Below are positions 34,255 through 49,317 of a stretch of DNA of 64,000 nt, one piece after another. Source of the stretch: Salpingoeca rosetta. Lineage: Eukaryota > Protista > Choanoflagellata. Both the position numbers and the translations under genes were made by a program. The notes below the pieces were generated by a model. That model ran no database searches. It saw only the letters and a list, made by a program, of their open reading frames with translations, and had not been told where the DNA came from. The stretch lies in assembly GCA_033442325.1 (NCBI GenBank), contig JAWQFM010000021.1, positions 265,854 through 329,853 on the forward strand, given 5' to 3'. How positions within the stretch are numbered: position 1 is the stretch's first letter; every line of letters begins with the position of its first letter.

Positions 34255-35066
34255 ACAGCGAGTGAGTGGGTGTGACAGCGAGTGAGTGCGCAAATGTGTG
34301 TGTGTGTGTGTTTATGGTGTGGGTTGCTGCCTACCCAGGACAAAACGGATGCACACATGAGGAACCACAGGCAGTGGCGTACCGGGTCTGCCGTTGGTGG
34401 TGCGGCCTCGGATGCCGGAATATCCTCCACAGAGTGCATGGCATGCATCTGTTCAAGCGCACGCAACAGCCCACACAAAACACGTTTGTGAGAAGTTATG
34501 GGAAATGGAAGAAAAGGCGGCCACAAGAAGGCCAAAGGAACACGAGGAAGTGGGGGTAAGCAAGCAGTGGACTCGCACGACGCACTTTCAGATACACACA
34601 CACGCACACAGTGTGACTCACGATGAGCAGGTGTTGTTGCGAGAGGCGGGTGGTACAGCGGTCAAGTTCCTGTGCAGCAACCTCGGCTTGGTGCGACTGC
34701 ACGGCGTGTTGCAGCGTGTGTTGCAGCGTGTGTTGCAGCGTGTGGTGTTTTGCCGTGAGAGGTGGCATTGAGGAAGGCGGAAAGTACCAAAGCCAAGGAG
34801 CAGGGGCTTCGGGTTTGAAGCATGGGTGCCTTGCATGCAAGCGAAACTACGCGCCAGAGGTGCAACATCAGGCAATAACAACAAAAAAAGACCAGCGCAC
34901 CTCTGCAATGATTTCCTTTGAGAGGAGGCCAAGCCGGGAGAACTGCCAAGCAAGATGGGCCGGGCATTGCTTGTAGGGGCGGCGACAGCACCCATCCTCA
35001 GCTAACACGAGTGTGAATGGGCGGGGGACACGGGCGTGGATGAGAGAGAGAGAGTGTGTGTGTGTG

Positions 35067-35117
<51 letters not shown>

Positions 35118-35161
35118 AGTTGTTGTTGTTGTTGTTGTTGTTTAAGTTGTTGTTGTTTAAG

Positions 35162-35210
<49 letters not shown>

Positions 35211-35881
35211 GGTTGGTTGCGAATATGAAGCGCAGAGAGCTGTTTCACAGCGACAATATTGGACATGTGCAAGGGCTGCCTGGCCGGCGACGTACGAGAT
35301 GCGCTGCGGGGATAGAAACCGCAGCACCGCTCTCCTTTGATCTGACGCCGAAGAAAAAAAAAACACGCCAGGGCAGCGGAGCGTGAACGATTGAAGGTGA
35401 GCTACACACGCATACATGCACAAGCTTGCACGTGCATACGCACATGTTGCACACACACACACACCACACACACACCACACACACACCACACACACACACA
35501 GAGAGACTCGCATCTGGTCTCACCCTCCACATGGCCTTTGCTGTTGGCGAGTGCTGGAAACAAAACGCGTCCACCTGCTGGCACACTTCTTGCCGCTAAA
35601 CCAAATGGTGATGGTGGCGATGATGGTGGTGGTGATGGTGAGCATGCAGACAAGATGAAGCCATGTGGACAGCAAATGAGCATCTACATCGGAGAGAGAA
35701 ACGCCAACGCACAGACCATGAACCACACACCCACGTGCCCCTCCCCCCAATCACGACCACGACCACGACCATGACCAACCTTGCCCATCTTTTTGTTGCA
35801 GAACGCCTTGATGGGGCAGAACGGGAGGATGACGGGATGGGTGCCGAGGAGCGGAAACTTGAGCTCCGTCTGATCAAACAG

Positions 35882-35976
<95 letters not shown>

Positions 35977-36170
35977 TGGGTGCGGGAGGGTGTCGTAAAT
36001 GGGTGAGAACACTATGGAGCTTAGAGGGGAGACAGGCAGACGGACAGACACAGACACAACAAACAAACACAGCACAGACAGACGGACAGAGAGACAGACG
36101 CGCACATTCTCTCACTCACTCACTCACACACACACTCTCACTCCCTCTCACACTCACACACACACACACA

Positions 36171-36220
<50 letters not shown>

Positions 36221-37153
36221 GAGGCAGATGACTGACAGCGCGGAAGCACTGCGGGATGTGCTTGAGGCCGGCGGCCAAGGGCAGTTCGCGGGTGCAGATA
36301 AAGCACGTGATGGTGCCCGGCATGTTGGTCCAGTCGCCCAGCACGCCCAGCACACCACGACCCTCGCCATCATCATCATCATCATCATCACCACCACCAC
36401 TGTCATTCTCATCGTCGTCATTGTCAGCGCTACCACCATTACCACCGCTATCATCATTACGACCTTTGGCATCACGGCCATCTGCTTCTTCCTTCACAGC
36501 GCCTGCAACAGTGCCGCTGTCGTGGCCACTGCCCTCATCCATGCGCGCGCGCTTGGCCGCTGGCTCCTCACTGCTTGTTGCACCGTCCTTGCTGGAATCA
36601 CCTCCCCCCTGCTCGTTGCCTCCTGCTTCACCCGCAGCTTGCCTGCTTACATACGGCTTGTCCGCGTCACCAACCACGCCCTCCATCTCTGTACCTTGTC
36701 TCTCCTCTTCCTCTTCCTTCATCTGTGCATCTTCCTTGACCTCCTGCTTCACTTCACCGCCACCACTGCCATCCGTGTGATGTGCAGGTCCGTTTTCTCC
36801 ACCACCACCACCACCACTCGTTGATGACGCGTCACTGCTCTCGATCACCGGTTGCTCCCCGCTCTCAGCCGCAAACTGCACCACAAACAACACAACGCAT
36901 CGACACACCGCAACACAACGCAACACAACGCACGCGTGAGCTGTGAGCACGTGCATACATGTAGATGCAGGCAACTGCACGTGCCATCACACACACACAC
37001 ACACACACACACCTCCCCAGCGTTGAGTCTGTCGACATGGCGCTGGAAGGCGGTGATTTCGGCGTGAAGAGCAGCAATGGCCCGTTTCCGCCGATCCAGG
37101 TCCTAACGCAGCACAACAGCCCAGTGATGCGAGTGTGTGTGTGTGCGTGCGCG

Positions 37154-37230
<77 letters not shown>

Positions 37231-37544
37231 GCGGTTGATGCGGGAGATGGGGTGTCAGACGCTCGACAATGTGTGCAAAACGGGATTGGGAAAGTGCAAG
37301 TTGAGGTGGTGGGTTGTTGAGGTGTGGTGAATGCACCTGCTGGAAAGATGTTTTCTCGGCCTCAAGCCTGGAGATGAGCGCTGCAGATGTGCCATTGTGC
37401 TGCCAGCAACGGTCAAAGTGCAGGGGGTGAAGCGGTCAGTACGAACGCGAGCAACAACACACGCTTGCTATGTTGCGCACATGAATGAGCGCACGCACGC
37501 ACGCACACACACACACACACACACACACAGGCACGCACAGACAT

Positions 37545-37579
<35 letters not shown>

Positions 37580-37840
37580 TACGCATCCATGCTTTAGTTG
37601 ACTCACGGGTCCCGGAGCGACACGACGCATGAAAGAGCGCAGCAGTTGATGGCCGACCTGGCAAACGATGGAGGCAGCGGCGGTGAGATTGACAACTTGG
37701 GGCAACGTGTTGCACTTCTGACAGGCCGATGCCATGGCATGACAGCCACTTTACACACCACACACACACACTATCTCTCCTTCTCCCTCTCTCCCCCTCT
37801 CACTATCTGACTCCCTCCTTCCCCCTCGCCCACACACAAA

Positions 37841-37888
<48 letters not shown>

Positions 37889-38487
37889 CACACACACACA
37901 CACGCAACTCACGATCATTCGGCATTCTCGACTGCAGTATTTGGATGTGCAGTCTGGGGCAAGCTCGATCGGGCAGTCTGTTCGGGCGCAGTACACCTTA
38001 CCAGCTTCCTCCTCCACGTCCTTCGGCCTGTGATGATGATGGTGTCAGCTGCAGTGAGTTGATACGAGGCAGCATAACATTCTTGCACCGACGACTAAAC
38101 AAATCTGGCACAGCCACGAAGACAAATAGTGAAGCAGCACACTCACGGGTGCTTGTACTTGATGGTCAGATCCTTGTGTCGAACTGTGAGGAATCAGTGC
38201 GTTGGGAAAGGTGGCGTCACGGTGTGAGTGAGCGAGTGGCGATCATCAGATGAGTAGGCATGAGCCTGAGCAGGCATGTGCAGAGCGGGCATGAGCAGAG
38301 AGATGGAGAAACATACGCACGTCTGCATTCAAGACAGTAGTACAGCTCGATATTGTCCGCCATCTGAACCAACACCATGTCAGTGTTTGTCCGTATGTGT
38401 GTATGAATGGAGTCAGCGGTTGGCGAAGCAAAGCAGAGAGGTGAATTTTGAGTGAGAGAACCACGACAAGAGCATTCACGCACATGT

Positions 38488-38524
<37 letters not shown>

Positions 38525-38705
38525 CACACCTCCTTTGTGATGCCCATGCAGTGGCCGTGAAACCACTGGTCGCAGTGCTCACAGCAGCTGTTCCAGGTGG
38601 AAACAGTCGCAGTGCAAGCAGCAGAAGTGCCAAATATGCGTGAGCTATCCAAGAAGCACCGGACACGCGGCTTCAACGCACAGCAGCAAACATCAAACAT
38701 CAAAT

Positions 38706-38792
<87 letters not shown>

Positions 38793-38879
38793 TTTGCAAA
38801 CGGTGCCACCGTACATCATGAACACTGTTCCTTCTGGCCGCCTGCAGATGCAGTACAGCTCCTGTTCATCATCGCTCAT
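34056..38879 (-). CDS. CXXC1: COMPASS subunit CFP1/Spp1 homologue (PHD finger plus CFP1-type C-terminal Cys/His region), multi-exon
   Basis: Spliced [51 protein letters not shown], then [26 protein letters not shown], coiled coil, [27 protein letters not shown] and [14 protein letters not shown], colinear with animal CFP1. Last exon ends PKRHWR* at 34056. Confidence 0.82.
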
Positions 38880-39016
38880 CGTGCAGCTGGCGTGGTGTTG
38901 TTCGGTGGCGCGGAAGCACTTCTCTGTCTCTTCCTTTGCCTGTGTTTGCCGAAAAGTAACTCCCACATTCGACAATTTTCTTGTTTGCACGACGACCCTC
39001 AAGGCAAACGAGAACG
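38880..39016. promoter_or_regulatory. Short divergent promoter between the CFP1-like and cathepsin genes
   Basis: 137 bp between head-to-head ATGs at 38879(-) and 39017(+). Confidence 0.55.
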
Positions 39017-41498
39017 ATGATGATGAAGGTTGTGAGCTTCAGTGCACTGCTGGTGGCAGTGTTTGCTGGCTGTGCGCTGGCTGCTCCTTTGAGCTTCGAC
39101 AACTTGAAGAAGACGTCGTACATCGCAGAGGCTGTCATTTCTCTTCCCTACGCTGCCATCTCCGAGCCCGTCAAGGTGGGTTGTGACTTGTTTGTTGGCT
39201 TTGTGTTGTGGTCGTTCTCATTTGTTGAGTCGTTCCCTTCTTTGTGTTTATGTGTATTGTGTGTATGTTGTCGTCATGGCCACTGCAGCGTGCAGTCGGT
39301 GTTGCTCTGTTTGCCTGTTGAGCAACCCATAGCGTGCGCCCGTTTACTCTTATTGGCGCTTTGGTCGCCCTCACCCACACCTTTGGTGGTGTCTCACGCA
39401 CGCACGCAGGTGTACTATGATGCTGGCGCTGGCCGGAGCCGCGTGGAATACTACCACGGCATGGACGTGTACGTGATGCGCGAGGATGTCGGCAAGCACG
39501 GCTACCAGTTCCAGATCAACCCCGTCACCGACAACGAGCGCACCAACGTCATGACCTGCTTTGGCGTAAGTTTGTTCAACATACGGAAAGGAGAGAGGAT
39601 GAGTGTGTTTGGTTGTTTTGTGGTTCGTGTGTGCGTGAAAGCGTGTGTTTGTGTCTGTGTGCTTGTGTGCGCGTGTGCGTGTGCTTGTGTTTGTGTTTTT
39701 GATGTGCAAGGCTGTGTTTGTGTGTGTTCACGTGCAGAGTTGTGTTTGTGCGGGAACTGTGTTCCTGCGTCAACCTGCATGCGCGCTTTCATTAAGCATG
39801 CAACTTACACGTCGGCTGCGCACAACACTCGCCTCCATTTTCTTCGCTCATCATCCGTTCTGCTGCAGATCAACGGCACAAAGGACGACCCCATCACCGT
39901 GCAGTCCCTCATCCCGGACCTGTCCAAGTATGAGGTGCGTCACAATCGCGTGATTCGAAGACACACTTGTTCTCTTGCTTGCTTGTTCCTCGGAAGGCTT
40001 CGCACACTTGTATGCTCACGGATGCGTGCGTTGTGTGTGTGTATGTGTGTGTGTGTGTGTGTGTGGCGCTCTGTGTGTGTGTGTGTGTGCATTGTTCTTT
40101 GACAACTGTTGCTTGTACGTGAACGAGTGCAGAAGGCGACCAACCCCGTCATGTACCGCGGCCTCTTCTGCGACCTCTACACCTACTCCTACCTGGTAAC
40201 GTCTTTCAATGGAACGCCGACGCGTGTGTGCTTGTGCTTTTGTTGACACATCTTTGCATGTACATTCAACACGCGCGTGCATCACCTTTCCCTTGAGTTG
40301 TTCCTGTCCCACTATCTCTTCCTTCTTCCCTCTTCTGCCCTCTTAAATGCTGCTCATCACACACACCCTCCACCACCTTCGTGCGTTTGTGTGTATGCGC
40401 GTGCGTCAGGTTGGCGCGAAGAGCAACACGTATTCCTTCTACGTCAACCGCGCCACGGGTCTTCCCGTCGGCTTTGAGATGCGCGGATACGACGACCTCC
40501 TCGTGCGTAATCCATCACAGCAAGCTCCTCTTCGCTTGTTTGTTTGTGTGTGTGTGTGTGTTTGTGTTGTGTTGTGTGTCTGTGTTTGTTTGTGTGTGTG
40601 TGTGTGTTTGTGTTGTGTGTCTGTGTTTGTTTGTTTGCTTGTTTGTTTTTGCTTGCTTGCTTGCTTGTTTGTTTGTTTGTTTGTTTGCTTGCTTGCTTGC
40701 TTGTTTGTTTGTTTGCTTGTTTGTTTGTTTGCTTGTTTGTTTGTTTGTTTGTTTGTTTGTTTGTTTGTTTGCATGTGTGTGTGTGTTGGGTTGCATTGTG
40801 TTGGTGTTGTGTGAATGTAAGAAGTTTTATTTGATGTTTTGCCACGTGCAGTGGTGATATGCACCCCATCTCTCCATGTTCACCTTCGCCTGTGCCCACT
40901 GCTGTTGTCGCTGCCTTGCGCACGCTGGACAGGGCTCCCACTACGACGAGTACGACATCTACTTCTACGACTTTATCGTCACCGGTGCGACACCCACAGC
41001 TGAGCTTCTTTCCTCTCATGCCACGTCGCACAGCCCCACATCGACATTCACCCATCACGCGAATGTTCCATGCTCACACGTGCGTGTCTTGTATGTATGT
41101 GTGCGTCTTGTATGAATGTGTGCGCGTACACAGTTCCCTCCAACATCAGCCTCTACGAGCCGCCAAAAGGCATGTCGTGCGGTGACTTCCCAGGTGCGAA
41201 CAAACCATTTCGAAACACACACACTCACACACTCACACTCACACATCACGCACACACACATGCACACACACATCACGCACACACACACACACACAGCAGC
41301 TTCACTTCCGCTTGCATCTGTGTGTTGTGTTCCCCACATGAAGCCAGATATGCTGCCTGTCCCCCTTTTCTCACTTGAATTTTTCCGCCTCCCCTGTGTC
41401 TTGTGTGCTGTCAGGGCCTGGTGTGGCCGTGCACCATCATCGCGGCGGTCTCCACATGCACGAGGACTACGAGGCCGCTGAGAAGGTCCGCGACCACG

Positions 41499-41566
<68 letters not shown>

Positions 41567-41567
41567 A

Positions 41568-41612
<45 letters not shown>

Positions 41613-41913
41613 TCACTCACTCACACACGCACTGAGACACGCACACACACACACACGTACGACTTTTCTTCTCCACATTACGTAACCCCTCTCCCTCACT
41701 CCCTCCCTTCCCTCTGTGTGTATGTGTTGATGTGTTGGCGCAGGAGGTTGGCGCTGCGTTTGATTCCTTCAAGGCGCAGCACGGCCGCATGTACGAGACC
41801 GAGCAGGAGCACGCAAAGCGCCTCAACAACTTCCGCCACAACAAGAAGTGCGTGTGTGTATGTATGCTGGTGTGTACGTGTTTGGGCGTGCGTGTGTACG
41901 TGTTTGGGCGTGC

Positions 41914-41999
<86 letters not shown>

Positions 42000-42983
42000 G
42001 ACGTTTCGACAGCAACGGCAATGTTGGTGAGGGGTGTTGCACGGCATGCGACCGGCCCAGCATCTCATGAATAAGCATTGCTCGCACCTGTGCTGTACAC
42101 ACACATGTGTATGTGTGTGTGCCTGCCATTGTTTTCATCTCAGGTTTGTTGATGCCATGAACCGCCGCAACCTGACGTACACACTCGCCCTCAACCACCT
42201 CGCCGACCTCCACGTGCGTATACCACCCATGTTCGCCACCATACCCTGTGCCCTCGCATGAACGGCGAGAGTAAACGTACACACACACACACACACATGT
42301 CTTGCTGCAACCGCTCATACCTTCACCACATGCGTGTGTATGTGCAGGACGAGGAGCGTGCACAGATGCGCGGAACTTTCAGCTCCAGGACAGACGTACG
42401 ACGCATGTGACACATGTGCATGGACACACATTCATATTGTACCGTAGCGTGTCTTTGTCGTGCTGTTGCAGCTGTTTGCTTCGGATTGATCCTCCAACAC
42501 CGTTTTGCTGCTACCACACCCAGCTCACTATTCCACCTCTGCACACATGTGTGCGTGTGCGTGTGCGTGTGTGTGTGTGTGCGTGTGTGTGTGCGTGCGT
42601 GTGTGTGTGTGTGCGTGCAGTACGCCTATGTTGCCGAGACACCGTCCCCTGTTCGCTCTGCTGCGCGCGACTGGCGCACAACAGGTGCACGCGCTGCGTG
42701 CGGAGTTGCTTCGATGCACACTGCTGACCATCCCGCCACTGCTTCGTCGTCGTGCTTGCTGTCTTCCTCATCCTTTCATCTCCCTCCCTGAGCAAATCTA
42801 TCCTTGCATCCCTCCTCACCCACCGACTCACCTTCACCACCACAGGCGCTGTGACGGGCGTGAAGGACCAGGGCATCTGCGGCAGCTGCTGGTCGTTTGG
42901 CGCCGCCCAGGCCATCGAGGTCTGTCCATGCAATCATGCTCGCATATGTGTGTGTGTGCGTGTGCATGTGTGCATGTGCGTGT

Positions 42984-43074
<91 letters not shown>

Positions 43075-43123
43075 TGTGTGTGTCTGTGTGTGTCTGTGTG
43101 TGTCTGTGTGTCTGTGTGTCTGT

Positions 43124-43159
<36 letters not shown>

Positions 43160-44863
43160 TGATGAACGTCGTCTGCGATTGCGCGCGTCGTTTGCGAATT
43201 GTGTGGCTGCTCTTTCTGTCTCCCACCTTTTCTGCAGCTCCTCTGCCTTCGCTCTCTCAACACCGATCGTTTTGCCCCGCACACCACCACCATCACCATC
43301 ATCACCGCCACCACCGACAGGGCCAGTACTTCCTGGCGACGAACCGTACCGTACCCATGTCCCAGCAGGCCCTCATGGACTGCTCATGGGGCTTTGGCAA
43401 CAACGCCTGCGACGGCGGTCGGTGCTGGCTCTGTTTGTGTGTGTGTGTTAGTGTGTCTGTCTGTCTGTCTGTCTGTGGTGTGCTATGCAGTTGATTCGGT
43501 GGTGTGACACAGTCGGCGCCTCTCACTTCTCACACGCCACGCAATCTCATCTCCTGTTTCCCTCTCCCCCCCTCCCTCGAACCGACTGCCGCATTGCAGG
43601 CGAAGCTTTCCGTGCGTACGAGTGGGTGCTTCAGAACGGCTACATCCCCACAGAGGCGTCGTACGGCCCGTACCTCATGGCTGACGGTTACTGCCACCCG
43701 GAGAAGGCGGACAAGGGCCCTGGCATCAAGGGCTACGTCAACATCACCAGCGGCGACATGAACAAGGTCCTCGACATGCTCGACAACGACGGCCCACTCG
43801 CCGTCGCCATCGACGCTTCCCTCAAGGTGAGCCCGCGTAGGTGTGGGAAGCAGGGTGTGCGTGTGCGTGTGCGTGTGCGTGTGTGTGTGCATGTGTGTGC
43901 GTGTGCGTGTGCGTGTGCGTGTGTGCGTGTGTCTTTGTGTATGTGCGTGTGTGTATGTATGTGTGTATGTATTCGCAAGGAGGGCTTTCACGTGCATTTG
44001 TGGTTTACGATGTTCACCCGTCTCGTCTACCTGCCCCCTCCCGCATTATTCCTCATCCTCCTGGCTGTATTCCATTCACCCCCACCCCATCCCCGCACTT
44101 GTGCATCTTCCCTCTTTCCTTCCCCTCCCCCTCAGTCGTTCAGCTTCTACAGCAGCGGCGTGTACTACGATTCCGACTGCGGCAACACCCCCGATGACCT
44201 CGACCACGCCGTCCTCGCCGTCGGCTTTGGAACCTCCGTACGTCCCATGTTGCACAGACAGGGGAGGGGGGTGTGTATTGTGTGTGTGTGCGTGTTTGTG
44301 TGTGTGTGTGTGTATTGTGTGTGTGTGTATTGTGTGTGTGTGTGTGTATTGTGTGCCCGCGTTTGTATTGTGTGTGTGTGTGTTGTGTGCATGCGAATCC
44401 GTTTTTCTTGAAGCAGGTCTTGGCTTCGTTCTCTTCATCACACACACACACACACCCTTCAGTGTTGTTCCTTCTTGCCTCCCCTTGACCACCCATTGCG
44501 CTCATTCCCAATCACCGCCATCACGTATGCCGTTTCTCGTTGCTTCGCTGATCATCCTCCCGTTTCTTGTTGCAGGTGGATGGTGAGGACTACTGGATCA
44601 TCAAGAACAGGTATCGCGCGCGTTTGTTTGTTCTTTGCGTGTGGCTTTGGTCGCATTCTTGTGGTAGCATTGTTGTGCTGCTGTGAAACTGGTGGCATGT
44701 CATTGTTCTATGCCTGGCACACCCACGCACTCACCCATTCATACACACACACCCACACATGTACAGCTGGAGCACCAACTATGGTGACCGCGGCTACGTT
44801 CGCATGTCCAGGCGCAACAACAACTGCGGTGTTGCCACAGACGCCCACATCCCGCTCCTCTGA
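39017..44863 (+). CDS. Papain-family (C1A) cysteine protease of the 26/29-kDa proteinase / CfaD type (long N-terminal extension, I29 propeptide, catalytic domain)
   Basis: Signal peptide; extension [42 protein letters not shown]; I29-like [29 protein letters not shown]; [52 protein letters not shown]; stop 44861-44863. Confidence 0.92.
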
Positions 44864-45966
44864 GCATGCCTTTGCGTGGGAAGGGAAATGATTGTTGGTG
44901 CGTGTGTGTGCATGTGTGTGCGTACGTGCGTATGTGTGCGTACGTGCGTATGTGTGTGTGTGTGTGTGTGTGTGTGCATGTGTGTGCCTGATGTCGGTGC
45001 ATCGCTTGCCATCCATCCATGGCGCATCCAAACCACCACATCCTTGCATGTTTTTGTGTGTCGCGCGCGCCTGTTCTTGTGCCTTTGTTTCTGTTGCTTG
45101 GCGATTCCGTTGTGGAATGTTCGTTGAAAACATAAACGAGAAGCGTGCATTCACCCTCAACGACACCGGACAAAGTCATCAGCCCCGCCCAGCAACACAG
45201 GGCTGCGCCTCACAACCACGGCTCGATCGCACTGCATCGATTGCTGCTGTTGTGCTTTGCTGCTGCTTTGGATGCATGCATGCACGCGAGCGCCAACCGA
45301 ATTCATCAGAAAGATCACACACACGCACGACAACCCACAACGACGACAACGACAAGCGAAACAGAAACAGGTAGGCAGCCAGCCAGCCGCGCTTGCTTGC
45401 TCGCTCGCTCACTTCTGTCAGCCAGCCAGCAGTGGGTGAGAGGAGCAACACCACACTTCACCAGCCAGCAACCGCCATCGCTGACCATCCACAGGAGTGA
45501 AGCAATTTGCTCATAATTTGTGCTGTGGCAATCGCCTCTCTCACCAGCTCGCATCTGCACACACACACACACACTCTCTCTCTCATTGATGCACACCACG
45601 CGCTCACACGCAAGCGTCGTGGTTGGTTGGTTGGGTTTGCGGTTTCCATTTTCATTTGAAAGCCGAGGACCCCCGAGCTCCTGCATTCCTGATCCATTGT
45701 TTTGAGGGAGGACGAGGGCAAGGACGAGCACGACTTGTGGCAGCAGCGACAACAGCGCATCCACCCATCCACAACACTGCAGCCACAACACACACACACA
45801 CACGCACACACAGAGGACACCCACAACAGCGCATCCACAACACACAACACAACACACAAAACACTCACAACACAGCAGCTGCAGCTGCACTTAACACATC
45901 CAACCAACAGCACAGCCGCCAGCCACAACCACCAAGCAGCCAGAGAGACAGAGACAGAGACAGAGC

Positions 45967-47884
45967 ATGGCCACCTCCAGGACGGCCAAGACCGTCCTGC
46001 TGGCTACCATCCTGCTGACCTGTCTGCTGGCTGGCACGCTGCTGCTGGCGCCACGATCCCACTCGCCATCCTCGCCGCACACGGCCTCCGAAACCGTCGA
46101 GCGCGAGCTGCAACCCCCAAGACTATCTATCCAACAGCCAGGCAGCCATGCCCAGGCACAACACCGCTTGACCAACCCTGCATCGAAGCCCGCGCTCACA
46201 CGTCCACTGCCAACCACAAAGAGAAAACAACAGCAACAGCAACAGCAGCGGCAGCAAGATGTGAAAGCGGATGGCACCACGAAAACAACCACCACAACCA
46301 CCACAACCCAGCAGCCTGTCGCCGTCAGCGACGTTGTTGCCGATGCTCACAACCGCAATGCCTTCACTGCGGCAAAGGTTCACAACAAGCAACAACAACA
46401 ACAGCAACAGCAAGCACATGGCGATGATGATGACGACACAAACGCTGCCAAGCTGCTCGCTGCAATTGAGTCCGAGGAAGCGAAGCGCCGTGCTGAAATT
46501 CGTCGTTCACACAGCAACGGCAACGCCGCTGTCAGCGCTGTAGACCGCAACAGCAGAGGGGGCAACGGTCCCAACAACGGCAATGCTGCCACGGACAACG
46601 ATGGCGGCGACGGCGACGACGACGACGACGATGAGGTTGAGGCGCTGCTGTTCGACGACGAGGCGAAGAAGGTCGCCTTCCTCAAGCGGAACAGCGAATC
46701 AAACGCATTCCATGACGTGGAGCCCGAGGACGACGATGACCACCAGCAGCAGCAGCAGAGTAAGAAGAAGGGACGCGTGAGGGGAGGCAGTGATGGCAAC
46801 AACTGGAAAGGCAAGCGCCCACAACCCGGCGAGATGACAGATGATGTGGACATGGCGCCTGAAGGTGACAATGATGGGGAAGACACCAGCAGCGATAAAG
46901 ACGACAAGCCGCAGCAGGATGGCAGCAGGCACAACAGCCATGCTGCTGGTGACGACTACAGCAACGGCCACGGTGGTGATGGCGATGATGATGGCGACGA
47001 CGCGTATGACGACGACGACTACGATGATGATGACGATGGCGATGATGACGATGACCTGAGTGAGAGCCAGATGGGCGTGCGCATGCAGGACGACGAGAGC
47101 AGCAGCAGTTCCGAAGGCTCGGCTGACAGCGAGAACTACGACCCGCAGGCGGCGCGCAAGCTGGCGCTGGCACGGCTGCGTCGCATTGACAGCGACCCCG
47201 CTGTTGTTGCGCTCAAGGCCAAGATGCGTGACATGGCTAGCAGCGAGCTGAGCAGCAATGCGCTGCAGCTCATCTCCATGCTGCGTGATGCCGATGCCAG
47301 CCACACCCTGGTCACCATCATCAGCGGTGGCTCCAACTCGTCCAAATCGCGCTCGCCGCTGGACGAGGCGCTTCACATCCAGGTGCACAAGCTGCGCGCC
47401 ATCAACCGCAACACCATTCTGCGGACGTGGGGTCCGGATGTCCTCTTTGTCACGCACGAGGACGTCGACACAACAAATGTCCTCAAGCTCCCGCCCGCCA
47501 TCGAGTACTCCGGTGCGTTTGTGTGAATGTGTGTGTGTGCATGTGCGTGTGCGTGTGCGTTTGTGTTGGCGTGTGCGTGTGTGTATAAGCGTGCGTTGAT
47601 TAACAACCGCTTGGCTTGACACATGTTGAATTGAATCACAGGTCGCAACGGACTACCGCTGAAGGTCCGCGCCATGTGGGACGACATCTACACGGTACAT
47701 GCAGCGTGCACTGATTGCAAGCTGCGGTGTTGTGTCGACTGTGCATGGCGTTCCGTTGGTGTGCGTGTGCCGTTGTTGAGCAGCAATGTCACACATCCCT
47801 CACATTCACACACACACATACACACACATACACACACACATACACACACATACACACACACACATTCACACACACACACGCACG

Positions 47885-47931
<47 letters not shown>

Positions 47932-48537
47932 GCACACACACACACACACATTGGTCATCTGTGTTTGCTGTGCAGCACAAGATGCACCCGCAATTTGAGT
48001 TCTTCCTGAAAGCAGATGACGACACGTTTGTGCACCGCTCGCGACTCAGCAAACTCCTCCACACCCTCAACCCACACGTGAGTACTCTTCTCACCAAACC
48101 ACACCCTCCGCCACGCACACGCACACGCACACGCACACGCACACGCACACGCACACGCACAAGTTGCAGTCTGTGCAGCAGCGTACGATGATGATGTGGC
48201 ACGGTTATGGTTCATGTTGTGCCGCGGCTTCGTCGCCCTCTTGTACATCCTCGTTCTCTCCTATTTCTCCGCTCACTGCACCCCCTCATCTTCACGCCTT
48301 CAGATCCCCATGATCCTCGGGCGCAAGGCTGGCGGGCCAACGGGCTTCTGGTGTGTTGCGCACGTGTGCACGTGTGTTGTGTGTGTGTGTGCGTGTGTGC
48401 GTGTGTGTGTGTGTGCATATGCGCGTGCATCACGGCGATTATTTTGTTTTGTCAGGTTGACTGCGGTCCAGGTGTTTGGCATCACATCACTCCAACAACA
48501 GTGTCACCTTCATGCACCTCCATACTGACGTCCCCTA

Positions 48538-48610
<73 letters not shown>

Positions 48611-49265
48611 ATGTGCAGCCACGGCGGGGGCGGGTACGTGCTGTCGCGCGGTCTTCTCGACCACATTGGGCCGCACCTCAACGACGTGTGCAGCAACATC
48701 GACATGTCCCATCCATGGGAGGACATGTTCATGCGCGAATGTATTGCTCGGTGAGCCCGCGTGCTGCTGCCCGAGTATGTGTCGTCGAGTGTCGTGTGGC
48801 AGTGTGTGCACATGTTGCGTGTTGTTGAACTGAGTGTGTTGTGTCTTTTTTGTGTGTGAATTTTGTCTTCCTTCCTTCCTGTCCATCTTGATGGGCAATG
48901 AACCACCCACACGCTTGCTTGCACACACACATACACACATACACATACACACACATGCACATACACACACACACAATCTTTTGTGTGCTCAACCACACCC
49001 TGACATCCTGTGTGCCGCCATGTGCCACTGTTTGCTCTGCAGCATCATGTCGCTGGGCGGTCGCGGTTGGCAGACGTGCACGTCCCAGGCGTTTATGGGC
49101 TTTGACACCCTCTACTACAACACAAAGAACCAAACGCTTAACGAGCAGCGCTTCCAGAATGTATGGTTGCCACTGCTTAGGTTGCATGCTCCTTGAAGCA
49201 CACATGCACACACGCTCAGTTACATGAATGCCCACGCGCCCTTCACCCCACCTGCTCACACACTT

Positions 49266-49317
<52 letters not shown>

